A DNA stretch of 64,000 nt from an uncultured Planctomycetales bacterium (GTDB taxonomy: Bacteria > Omnitrophota > Gorgyraeia > Zapsychrales > JAHFFX01), in assembly GCA_964612665.1 (NCBI GenBank), contig CAZTCI010000006.1, positions 77,750 to 141,749 of the forward strand, given 5' to 3'. Positions 1-8,710 of this stretch are shown here, piece by piece. Positions within the stretch are counted from its first letter, which is position 1. Each line of letters starts with the position of its first letter. The notes under the pieces are model-generated. The model had not been told where the DNA came from. It saw only the letters and a list, made by a program, of their open reading frames with translations, and ran no database searches. Made by a program: the position numbers and the translations under genes.

Positions 1-271
1 TTTTATCAGCATCATTACGAGTCATGCGGTCAGTAACATCAAATATAATGTGTTCAACATCGGTGTGTTTTCGAGCATATTCGACCATTTGAATAAACTT
101 GGCTCGTCCTTTAGCCGAATCCCAAGCCGATTCAGCCCCTTTCCAAGTATGAACTATTGTAAAGCCTTTCCGAGCCGCGTAATCAATTCCCATTTTTTCT
201 TGAGCATCTAAAGAATAACCGTCTTCTTGCTCTTTACTTGAAACTCGAATATAAAGGAGGGCTTTATTCAT
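1..271 (-). CDS. Large serine recombinase (resolvase/invertase catalytic domain), N-terminal part; the gene continues past the window start
   Basis: The reverse-strand translation begins MNKALLYIRVSSKEQEDGYSLDAQ..., which is the canonical serine-recombinase N-terminus with the catalytic Ser in the 'RVSS' context. The start codon is at 269-271, with a GGAG RBS just upstream on the minus strand. Confidence 0.75.
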   Translation of the reverse strand, partial: MNKALLYIRVSSKEQEDGYSLDAQEKMGIDYAARKGFTIVHTWKGAESAWDSAKGRAKFIQMVEYARKHTDVEHIIFDVTDRMTRNDADK

Positions 272-300
272 TGATTTAACTCCTAAGAAATTTTAAAAAA

Positions 301-492
301 TTACGTCCACCAAGAATTTATATATGCGATTAACCGATTAATTCCTTCAGATTTTCTCACAAATAATTGAATTCCGCAAGAATCACAAATCATGTAAGGT
401 TTTCCTTTATCAGAAATACGAATTTCTTGTTTGTTTTGACAAAGAGGACAGGGGAAAGATTTATTTCTAAAAATTTCAGAATAATTTTCCAT
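301..492 (-). CDS. Small Zn-ribbon protein (CxxC...CxxC), hypothetical
   Basis: A 63-aa ORF with two CxxC pairs (CPLC...CDSC). It sits between the recombinase and the Rep gene on the same strand. Confidence 0.45.
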   Translation of the reverse strand: MENYSEIFRNKSFPCPLCQNKQEIRISDKGKPYMICDSCGIQLFVRKSEGINRLIAYINSWWT

Positions 493-672
493 TTTTTATC
501 CTTTTTAATTTTCTTGTTATGTTGGAAATATTTTTAAAAAGTTTTATAGAAAATAATTTTTAAAACAATTTATTTTCCCAAAAAGAATTTAATTTTACTA
601 TCCGCCTTAGTTTAAAAACACAACGTTACGTATACGTTAAAAAACCAAAAAATAAGAAAAATTAAGAAAAAA

Positions 673-1551
673 TTATTTCTTCGTATTAAAGTAACTTTTT
701 GAAAATTTTTGTCTGGATTTTCCAAAAAGATAGGTTCTAAGGCCGGGAAATTCATCCAAAAGACAAAAAGCTGTCTCAAAACACCGCAAACGATTGTCAA
801 AGTCCTTTTCCTCATTAAAAGAATCGTATCCGGCCAACCGAAGCAGATTTTCAATTGGAAAGGTCATTACCACCCAGAAACTTCGCGAAATTTCCTTAAC
901 CTTGCGCTCGATTAAAGTCATATCCCTTGAAGTGGTATAGCGGCGATTCTTCCCGTAATGCTCGAGAAACATGGATTTCGTCAGATATTTCGAGAGATAG
1001 TGAGTAGTGCGGTGGATATCAACATGTTTGATATGGACGATTTGACCTCCCCCTATTGACTCCCAAGCAGTCGAAACCCACGACTGTTCGATGAAGCGAT
1101 CAACCATGATGTGCAAGTGAGCGTACCCACTTTTTTGAAGTTCCAACACAGCAATAAACGAAATGTTTTTTCCAAACTTTCGTTTAAGATACGTACGCAT
1201 TTTATTCCAACAGTTTTTAATATATACAATTGATTCTTCAGCTTCACATTTAGAAGGATCAAGTGTGAGCGTAAGCAGGCGACAGAGATTTTTTTCTGAA
1301 GCCTTTTTAATAATTAATTTTCTAAGCCTGCTCGCTTTCTTCGGGCCACATGAAGGACAAACCCATTTCTTGCAATACATCCTAAGGTGCGACCATTTGT
1401 CTGCTCGCACGATGTCTTGAGTGCCAACTAAAGTCATCGCACCACAGGAGCATTCCTCTTTGTTTCGATTATGCCCATCTTTGTCAAGTGAAGTACAGCT
1501 ATTAGCTTCATTAGCTATATAGCTAGAGTCCAAATTAATATTCAAATCCAT
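673..1551 (-). CDS. Rolling-circle replication initiator (HUH endonuclease, superfamily I, phiX174 gpA-like two-Tyr type)
   Basis: All three Rep motifs are present: motif I 'LLTLTLD', motif II HUH 'HLHIMV', and motif III 'YLSKYLTK' with two Tyr spaced by three residues (compare phiX gpA YVAKY). There is also an N-terminal CxC...CxxC zinc-finger region. Confidence 0.8.
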   Translation of the reverse strand: MDLNINLDSSYIANEANSCTSLDKDGHNRNKEECSCGAMTLVGTQDIVRADKWSHLRMYCKKWVCPSCGPKKASRLRKLIIKKASEKNLCRLLTLTLDPSKCEAEESIVYIKNCWNKMRTYLKRKFGKNISFIAVLELQKSGYAHLHIMVDRFIEQSWVSTAWESIGGGQIVHIKHVDIHRTTHYLSKYLTKSMFLEHYGKNRRYTTSRDMTLIERKVKEISRSFWVVMTFPIENLLRLAGYDSFNEEKDFDNRLRCFETAFCLLDEFPGLRTYLFGKSRQKFSKSYFNTKK

Positions 1552-1682
1552 ATTTCCAGCCTTTCAGGAAGGTCATTTTTAGGCCTCCCACAGTCAGGGG
1601 TGATCAGGCCCCGACGCGAGAGGTAGGTCAGACTGTGGTCTGGCCTCTTGAGGGGAGAGACCTTCCGAGCTCACCCCCAAGA

Positions 1683-1946
1683 TCAGTTAAGGTTTTTATA
1701 CTCTTTGAGAATTTCTTCTTTGATTGACTTCTTGAGCCCTTCGGAAATCTCAACTACGGGCGTGTATTTTTTCTTACCATTTTTGTCGTCGTAGGAGGTT
1801 TGAGGGAGGCCCAGCCAATCACCTTTTTGGTCTTCCATTAAGCGAATTCCGTTAACGGTGACTTCGCCGACAGCAACGTCAGCGAAAGCCCGCAGCATTT
1901 CTTTTCCTTCAATTTTCTTAATCCTAATGACAGTTATTTGTGACAT
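1683..1946 (-). CDS. spoVG: SpoVG family protein
   Basis: MSQITVIRIKKIEGKEMLRAFADVAVGEVTVNGIRLMEDQKGDWLGLP...EILKEY matches the conserved SpoVG pattern (I-D/T-V-R-I ... G-x-L/M-R/K-A-x-A ... I-R-V/L ... Y C-terminus). Internal ATG at 1944-1946 chosen as the start; the ORF-track 5' extension is probably spurious. Confidence 0.7.
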   Translation of the reverse strand: MSQITVIRIKKIEGKEMLRAFADVAVGEVTVNGIRLMEDQKGDWLGLPQTSYDDKNGKKKYTPVVEISEGLKKSIKEEILKEYKNLN

Positions 1947-2022
1947 AGGTAATCCTTTCTCATATTTGATTTTTATTTGGGTTAAGATAATTTTTACAAC
2001 AATCGAAATATGAGTAGGCGAC

Positions 2023-2211
2023 CTACACCTCAACAGAAATTTTCTTCTCACAATTGGGTTCTCCACATTTTCTTGATAGCCGTCCAGACAGCTCCACGAG
2101 TCGGCCAAAATTTTCAATTATTTCGATAGCCTCGTCGCTCGAAATTTGTCGTCCATCGACGCGGCTGAAAGTTTGAATAACATCCGCAATGAAAGCCGCA
2201 GAATATTTCAT
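2023..2211 (-). CDS. Hypothetical small protein (62 aa) between the two SpoVG genes
   Basis: ORF only; tightly packed with the flanking genes on the same strand. Confidence 0.3.
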   Translation of the reverse strand: MKYSAAFIADVIQTFSRVDGRQISSDEAIEIIENFGRLVELSGRLSRKCGEPNCEKKISVEV

Positions 2212-2519
2212 AGAAACGTCTCCTGACTCTCATGAGGCGGCTTTGGATTATCAAATAAATTTCTATAAGCATTCACGATTGCTTTAGTGAGCGCTTGTTC
2301 AGTTTCTTTGTTTATGGGGTAAAAAGAAGGGAGTTGTTTACCATTACGAAGAGGTTTAGTCGGAAATACTAAACGTATGTCAGTCTTATCAAAAGTCTCG
2401 TGCAAGGCAATATTCCCTAAAAAAAGCTGATTATTGACGACGCACGAAGCGAATCCGCACAATCCTTGATCAAGTTTGATTAGCCTGACACTTATTTCAG
2501 TTATAGATATCGGGTTCAT
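2208..2519 (-). CDS. SpoVG-like paralog
   Basis: MNPISITEISVRLIKLDQGLCGFASCVVNNQLFLGNIALHETFDKTDIRLVFPTKP...AIVNAY has the same SpoVG fold pattern as the neighbouring gene. Start chosen at the internal ATG (2517-2519), which is preceded by GAGGAAA; the ORF-track start at 2570 lacks an RBS. Confidence 0.6.
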   Translation of the reverse strand: MNPISITEISVRLIKLDQGLCGFASCVVNNQLFLGNIALHETFDKTDIRLVFPTKPLRNGKQLPSFYPINKETEQALTKAIVNAYRNLFDNPKPPHESQETFL

Positions 2520-2611
2520 TAGTTTCCTCAAAGTAAAAAAGCCATCTGCAATTTTTTGCAGATGGCTCACTATACATCAGGAACCCTAGAACCCCTCGAC
2601 GAGTAAAGGGG

Positions 2612-3421
2612 TTACCTTATTTGTCGGTAACCTCCATTGATAAGTGAAAGGCAAGCATTGTATCGACGCCGAATATTATCTTCCATAGAGGCGCCTGTTG
2701 TTTTAGATTCCAATGGGTACATGTCCAGAGCAATATCCATGAAGTCTTTTCCGCTCTCACGTAGCTCATATACTCTAAGATAACCAACATACTTTTCGAT
2801 GTGAACACGAGTTTGATCAATGTTTTGTTTCTTCATATCATATAAAAGACTAATTGAATCCAAGATTGCAGACTTCGAATGGTTAAAATTAATCAGAACT
2901 GATTGCAAATATTCTGGGAGGGGAAAATCTAATTTAGGATCAATTTTTATATTGACTGGAAATGGAGCATTTGTTTCCATAAGGGAATTGGCTGTAACTT
3001 CAAACATTCTCATGAAAATAAAAGCTAATAAACAATGGTGCTTTCGTCCTTTAAAAGTAAGAGTATCAAAATTAAAAATTTCATTTGAAAAAGTCCACAC
3101 ATCATATTCGGGTGGAAGTAATGCCAACATTTCCCAATCCTGACATAATTGACGATAAAGTTTATAAAAATGATTGTTCTTTTCAAAACTTATACAGGTT
3201 TTTTTAACGTAAGCTAAGGTTTCATCGCTGAGTTTAGGGCTTGGATAAGTCTTGTTTGCGATAGCAAAAAATTTGGTGAGGTCAAGCGAGCAAGATTTAG
3301 AATAATTTTCAATATCTTTAAAAAGTTTAGAAAAGGAACTGTTTCGACGTAAGAATTCCCATTTTAAGACAAAAAGTTCTAATTTCCGTTTCCACACATC
3401 TTCACGAGACAGTTTTGTCAT
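2612..3421 (-). CDS. Hypothetical protein with a 'WEFLRRN' motif (putative MGE regulator/DNA-binding protein)
   Basis: A 269-aa ORF. The WEFLRRN motif near the N-terminus is one I associate with a family of MGE-encoded putative transcriptional regulators. It is the last gene of the minus-strand backbone, just before the divergent intergenic region. Confidence 0.5.
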   Translation of the reverse strand: MTKLSREDVWKRKLELFVLKWEFLRRNSSFSKLFKDIENYSKSCSLDLTKFFAIANKTYPSPKLSDETLAYVKKTCISFEKNNHFYKLYRQLCQDWEMLALLPPEYDVWTFSNEIFNFDTLTFKGRKHHCLLAFIFMRMFEVTANSLMETNAPFPVNIKIDPKLDFPLPEYLQSVLINFNHSKSAILDSISLLYDMKKQNIDQTRVHIEKYVGYLRVYELRESGKDFMDIALDMYPLESKTTGASMEDNIRRRYNACLSLINGGYRQIR

Positions 3422-3637
3422 AAGGACTCACATATTCATCAAAAATAACTTCATAACTCGAAGGTTCTATTCAATATACAACAGAAAACTATTCAGGTAC
3501 AGTAACAAGCAACAGCAAATAAGCAAAAAAGAAGAATATATTTTAAAACATCGTTTTCCTTAGCCCTTCCTAAAGTTAATTGTTATAAATGGTATTAAGC
3601 ATTATAATATAAAAACTTTTTAAAGGTACGGGGAAGC
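3422..3637. promoter_or_regulatory. Divergent AT-rich intergenic region between the minus-strand element backbone and the plus-strand helicase operon
   Basis: 216 bp of AT-rich non-coding DNA between divergently oriented genes; promoters are presumed but not mapped. Confidence 0.35.
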
Positions 3638-6600
3638 ATGGCATTAGAACTAACGAAATACATCAAGTATTGTCTTGCATACGTAAGACTTACAACGCAG
3701 AAGGCTTTTACTCTTCAACAAAGGTATTCTATTCAATTTCCCAAAGATAAGTTCAATCTTTTGGGACTTTTGAATGGGGATATTGATGGGAATCTTGGAG
3801 AATTAATCAAGCTTGATATATTTTACAATTATGATCCTAAGAAGGTTCCTTCAGAATTAAAATCTCTTTATGAGAGTGAAAAGGAATTAGCAAATAAAAT
3901 AGAAGATATATACAACAAATTTAAAAATGATCCTTATACCAAACAAATCATATTAAACTTTGGATACTTCACATTAGAGGTTCCCCCAGAAGACGATGAT
4001 GTAATTTTGAGTGATGAAGATTCTGATTTAAACTCCTCGAAACAACAATGTACCCCATCGAGTAAAACAGTCCAATTTCCCCTTTTTACCATTCCCGTAA
4101 AAATTGAAAAGAATATTGAAAAAGGTGTAGGTAAATACCTGGTTTATTCTGTCGATCCTGAATTTCACGTTAATATAAGTGTATTTGAAAAAATTCTGGG
4201 GGATGATCTTTACTTCCAACTCATAGAAAAATTTGGTTTTATGGAAGTAGAAGGTCAATTTGTACTCCCAGTAACAAGTTTGGATATATTTGTAAAAATT
4301 TGGCAAGAAATTAAGGCGCAATTAAAATTACGAAATGCTAATTTTGATGAGAACTCGTTTAGCGTAGATGAAACGAATCTTTCTCTGGCTCCGAAAGTCA
4401 ATTATTTTCTCGCTGAAGATTTGGAAAAATTAGCAAAATTGGAACAATCTCAATTAGCTAAAACTTCTCTTACAAGCTGGATCGATAACGCAGATATAAA
4501 TATCTATGATTCCGAAGCCAAAGAAGCAGATATTTATTTTCCTTTTCAATATGACAAATATAAACTCAAAGTCCTTTCCGTCATTAATAACAAAGCATCA
4601 GTGGTTCAAGGGCCACCAGGAACAGGAAAATCCGAAACAATTGCAAATCTTTTATGCCATTTAGCCGCAAAAGGATTTAAGGTTTTATTTGTTAGCCAAA
4701 AGGCCCAAGCCCTAAAAGTGGTAAAAGACAAACTAAAAAAACTAAATGTCCACTATCTCTCTGGATATATTCCCAACTTAAACTCTGTTCAATTAAACGA
4801 GGAAGACGAGGTTGACGGAATCGCAATTCAATTATCGGCTTTAGACGGTTATATTGAGAAATTGACATATTCCTTAGACAACGGAAGGTTAGAAAAAAAT
4901 CATTCTTTGGAATCAATAGAATCAGAAAAAACAACGCTGAAAGAATCGTTCAACCGTTGTTTCATTGAAGAAAGGAGATTTTTTGAGTTAAAAACAAATC
5001 AACAAGCTTTCAAGCCTTTTGATTTGGGAAACTTTGATTCAGGAAAATTTGAAAATAATTTTTCATTTGAAGTTATAAGAGATATTCAAAAGATGGTAAC
5101 CGAAATTCAAAGTCTTAAATCTCAGATTAAACAATCCGAATCATTGGAATTTATTAATTATTTCGACGATCAGTTCCAGAAGATAATTGGAAAAAAGGGA
5201 AGATATCTAGAGAGTGTAGGAAGATTCAAGAATGATTACCAAAAAACCGGATATGATCGACATAATATTCTTTTTAGAATTTTAAACAATAGCCTCAGAA
5301 AAATAAGAATAAATAATGATTGGGGTCAGCTCCCTCGGGAGATAACAGACTATATCAATGTTGAATTGAATAAAGATATCTCAAGAAGCGAAGGCGTTGC
5401 AGTCATTAGCAAGTTAGAAAAGTATTTAGAATACTATAAAGCAAAAGAAACACAACAGACCAAAGAAAACGAGTTGAATGAATTATTAAATAAATCTGGA
5501 ATAACTTTCGATCAGTTTGAATTGATAGTTAAGTGGATTAAATCGAATTCATTTGAAACAGTTAAACAAAATATAATAAAGTTTCAACAAACAAATAAAT
5601 CAGTTCAAAGTTTTTCAAATTTAATTGATCAAAACAACGTTCAAAATGGATTGAATAAGATATCAATAACCAGAACTCAAACAGTTGCCAATTATCTGCA
5701 GAACATCATAAATCAAAAATTTATTGGACGCTGGAAGAAAGATGCGAACCTTCGACAAACTACAAAGAAACTCGGAAAGGCTTTTGGTAAATCCAAGAGA
5801 GCCTTTAAGACTTTTGATAATCTTCGAGCAGACCCGACTAATTTTAAATCAATTTTAGACTTGATCCCCGTATGGATAATGGAACTTGATGACGCTTCAA
5901 GAATTATTCCTCTTGAGAATAACATTTTTGATTATGTAATCCTAGATGAGGCTTCGCAGTGCAATATCGCATATACCTTGCCAGTAATGTTTCGAGCAAG
6001 TAAGACACTATTTTTTGGAGATAGCGAGCAAATGCGAGATAGCACAGTCCTGTTTAAATCTAATCAAGCATTTGATGAGTTAGCCAGAAGATATCAAGTC
6101 CCCGAAGAACTAAGAATCAAAACAACAGGAAGTTCTGTACAGTCCGTTTTAGATATAGCGTCTATGAGAGGATTTTTATCAATTCCACTTAGATATCATT
6201 ATCGTTCACCGAGAGAATTAATTGGTTTCAGTAACAAGTATTTTTATAAGCCGAAAGGAAAAGAACTAATTCCTCTAAACAATAATTACTTAACCTACAA
6301 AGACACTAATAGAGTAATGGTAGTCCATGAGGTTAAGGTTGATCATTCAATCGAGATATCAGACAAGATCAATGCCTCGGAAGCTAGAGCAATATTAAAG
6401 TTATTTAAAGAATTAAAAGCCGACGCTAGATACAAAGACAAATCCATAGGAATTTTAAGCTTCTTCAACGCACAAGCTTCTTATTTAAGAGATGTCTTTG
6501 AAAGAGAAGGTTTTAAGGAAGATGATAATAACTACAAGATCAGTATCATTGAAGGTATTCAGGGAGACGAAAAGGATATTGTTATTTATTCTTTTGTAAT

Positions 6601-7177
6601 GCGTAGCCCTGATCAAATTAGACAGTATTATCCCTTAACAGGTGAAGGTGGCGATATCAGGGGAGATATAAACAGAGGTAGAGTTAATGTTGCATTTTCG
6701 AGGGCACGTCAACAAGTTCATTGTTTTGTAAGTATGTCTATTGCTGATATCCCAGACAAAATTTGGATTAAGAAATATCTTGAGTATGCAAGGGATTGTG
6801 GGAAAGTCGACTCTTGCTCCGTTGATTTAAGACCCTTTGATTCTTACTTTGAGGAAGAATTCCATTCTTTGTTAAGGACAAAGCTCAATTCCGATTATTT
6901 AATCCAGAATCAAGTTCCAAGTTGTGGATTTAAGATAGATTTCGTTGTTACAAATTTAAAAACAGAAAGACGAATAGCAATTGAATGCGACGGCCCAACA
7001 CATTTTAAGAATGAATCAGATGAAGAGTTTGGATATTACATAGAAAGCGATGAGGAAAGACAGCGTGTCCTAGAATCGGCAGGATGGGAATTTTATAGAA
7101 TTAAATATTCCGACTGGATTAACAATAATAAAGCTAGGCAAGATTCGTTGAAAGAAATAATGGTACTCCTAAAATAG
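3638..7177 (+). CDS. DUF4011/SF1 (Upf1-like, AAA_11/AAA_12) helicase with a C-terminal DUF559 (Vsr/REase-like) domain
   Basis: Walker A 'VVQGPPGTGKSETIANLL' and Walker B 'VILDEASQC' (DEAxQ, Upf1-like). The N-terminal 'FPLFTIPVKIEK' block is typical of DUF4011. The C-terminal '...IAIECDGPTHF...DEERQRVLESAGWEFYRIKYSDW' is the DUF559 signature. Confidence 0.85.
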   Translation: MALELTKYIKYCLAYVRLTTQKAFTLQQRYSIQFPKDKFNLLGLLNGDIDGNLGELIKLDIFYNYDPKKVPSELKSLYESEKELANKIEDIYNKFKNDPYTKQIILNFGYFTLEVPPEDDDVILSDEDSDLNSSKQQCTPSSKTVQFPLFTIPVKIEKNIEKGVGKYLVYSVDPEFHVNISVFEKILGDDLYFQLIEKFGFMEVEGQFVLPVTSLDIFVKIWQEIKAQLKLRNANFDENSFSVDETNLSLAPKVNYFLAEDLEKLAKLEQSQLAKTSLTSWIDNADINIYDSEAKEADIYFPFQYDKYKLKVLSVINNKASVVQGPPGTGKSETIANLLCHLAAKGFKVLFVSQKAQALKVVKDKLKKLNVHYLSGYIPNLNSVQLNEEDEVDGIAIQLSALDGYIEKLTYSLDNGRLEKNHSLESIESEKTTLKESFNRCFIEERRFFELKTNQQAFKPFDLGNFDSGKFENNFSFEVIRDIQKMVTEIQSLKSQIKQSESLEFINYFDDQFQKIIGKKGRYLESVGRFKNDYQKTGYDRHNILFRILNNSLRKIRINNDWGQLPREITDYINVELNKDISRSEGVAVISKLEKYLEYYKAKETQQTKENELNELLNKSGITFDQFELIVKWIKSNSFETVKQNIIKFQQTNKSVQSFSNLIDQNNVQNGLNKISITRTQTVANYLQNIINQKFIGRWKKDANLRQTTKKLGKAFGKSKRAFKTFDNLRADPTNFKSILDLIPVWIMELDDASRIIPLENNIFDYVILDEASQCNIAYTLPVMFRASKTLFFGDSEQMRDSTVLFKSNQAFDELARRYQVPEELRIKTTGSSVQSVLDIASMRGFLSIPLRYHYRSPRELIGFSNKYFYKPKGKELIPLNNNYLTYKDTNRVMVVHEVKVDHSIEISDKINASEARAILKLFKELKADARYKDKSIGILSFFNAQASYLRDVFEREGFKEDDNNYKISIIEGIQGDEKDIVIYSFVMRSPDQIRQYYPLTGEGGDIRGDINRGRVNVAFSRARQQVHCFVSMSIADIPDKIWIKKYLEYARDCGKVDSCSVDLRPFDSYFEEEFHSLLRTKLNSDYLIQNQVPSCGFKIDFVVTNLKTERRIAIECDGPTHFKNESDEEFGYYIESDEERQRVLESAGWEFYRIKYSDWINNNKARQDSLKEIMVLLK

Positions 7178-7199
7178 ATTAAGCAACATTTGTTTTTTT

Positions 7200-8639
7200 A
7201 TGAAATTTACAAAAGCTTTTAGAATCGATAAAACACAGCCAGAATTAGATTTTGTAGACATTCCGCTTCATACTGATACACCCTTATTTATTGATCCTTA
7301 TGCAATCAGCAAAAGAAACGATATTTGGTCTATTGAATGCCATAACGCAATAGCCGATTTTTTTCAAAAGGCCGTAGACGCAATTCGCAATAACAAAGAT
7401 TCAGAAGCAATCCAGATGTTTTCAAAATTAAATGAGACAAATGATACCCATTTAGGATTTTCAAGTGCTAAAGCACAGGGAAAGGGAGTCAGCGAAGGGC
7501 AAGCCTTATTACTTTATAAAAAGCTAAAAGAAAGTTCGGCAGTAAAAACTGGCTTTATAACAGAATTAGCCGATTGTGAATTATTAATTGAGGGAATCGG
7601 CCCAGATAAGATTAGCGATATAACCACAAAAATAATTAAAGAAAAACTTATTGAATACACAATTAATCAATGCGCATTGTTAGGTTTGGAAACCGTTAAG
7701 GTTTCATCGGGTTATTATTGGGATAGAGAAAAACAACGATGGACAGATAATTTTTTTCCTCTACCAGTTTATAAAAATCAGAGAATAATCTTAGTCCCGA
7801 GAGCAATTGCAAGATATGAGTTCTCATACAATTATTCCGAATACTACAATCATTTTATTCTTAATTATTTACAAGCAGAACATTTAAATGCCAATTCATC
7901 ACTTGTTCAAACCTTAAAGAAAGGTAGACGTGTAGTCTACAAAAAAACATTAAAAGAAAGAGAAGAATATCCATGTTCAAAAGAGTTTATTTATAAATTT
8001 TCGAGGCAACATCCAAAAGTGCTTGAAGAGTATAAAAAAAGAAAAGGCCAGCAAATTAAAGATGAAACAGTGGAAGAATTAGTTAAGGCTTTTGATGTAT
8101 GTGAGACCTCTTCATATCTAACAAGAGCATTGAAATCAATCGCCTCGGGTGATAATGAAGCTTCAAAGTATCACGATCTAATTATCGGAATAACCGAGTT
8201 CATATTTTATCCATTATTAAACTATCCCAGAAAAGAAGAGCCGATACATGGTGGGAGAAAAAGAATTGATATTTGTTTCAATAATGCCGCAAGTGATGAT
8301 TTCTTTTTTCATCTTCATAAATCACATGAAATCCCATGTCACTTAATTATGGTTGAATGTAAGAATTATAAAGGAGACCCCAAAAATCCAGAATTAGATC
8401 AATTAAGTGGACGATTCGGTGTTAATCGAGGGTGTTTTGGCTTTTTAATTTGTAGACGTTTTGATGATAAGAAGCTATTTATTGAAAGATGTAAAGATAC
8501 ACATAAAGATGGAAGGGGAATAATTATGGCGTTAGATGATGATGATATTGTTCGACTTTTATCATTTAAGGCTGATAAGAACGACAAGGAGATAGACAGA
8601 TTTTTTAACTTAAGATTTAGAGAGATATTAACAGGTTAA
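7200..8639 (+). CDS. Hypothetical protein with a C-terminal PD-(D/E)xK nuclease-like domain (Shedu/HamA-like?)
   Basis: The C-terminus '...EEPIHGGRKRIDICF...HLIMVECKNYK...' gives an E...D...ExK arrangement on predicted beta-strands. I do not recognise the N-terminal ~330 aa. It lies 23 bp downstream of the helicase on the same strand. Confidence 0.6.
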   Translation: MKFTKAFRIDKTQPELDFVDIPLHTDTPLFIDPYAISKRNDIWSIECHNAIADFFQKAVDAIRNNKDSEAIQMFSKLNETNDTHLGFSSAKAQGKGVSEGQALLLYKKLKESSAVKTGFITELADCELLIEGIGPDKISDITTKIIKEKLIEYTINQCALLGLETVKVSSGYYWDREKQRWTDNFFPLPVYKNQRIILVPRAIARYEFSYNYSEYYNHFILNYLQAEHLNANSSLVQTLKKGRRVVYKKTLKEREEYPCSKEFIYKFSRQHPKVLEEYKKRKGQQIKDETVEELVKAFDVCETSSYLTRALKSIASGDNEASKYHDLIIGITEFIFYPLLNYPRKEEPIHGGRKRIDICFNNAASDDFFFHLHKSHEIPCHLIMVECKNYKGDPKNPELDQLSGRFGVNRGCFGFLICRRFDDKKLFIERCKDTHKDGRGIIMALDDDDIVRLLSFKADKNDKEIDRFFNLRFREILTG

Positions 8640-8710
8640 TTAAAAAACCCGTCTTTATGCAATGGTCAGATGAATTAAGTCAAAAATAACTTTTCTTAAG
8701 AGAATCAAAT

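Noticed and set aside
1552-1682. Possible tRNA or tmRNA in the GC-rich segment upstream of rep
   Set aside because: No T-loop consensus (GTTCRANYC), no acceptor/CCA arrangement and no cloverleaf could be drawn on either strand. It is kept only as a structured element or origin candidate.
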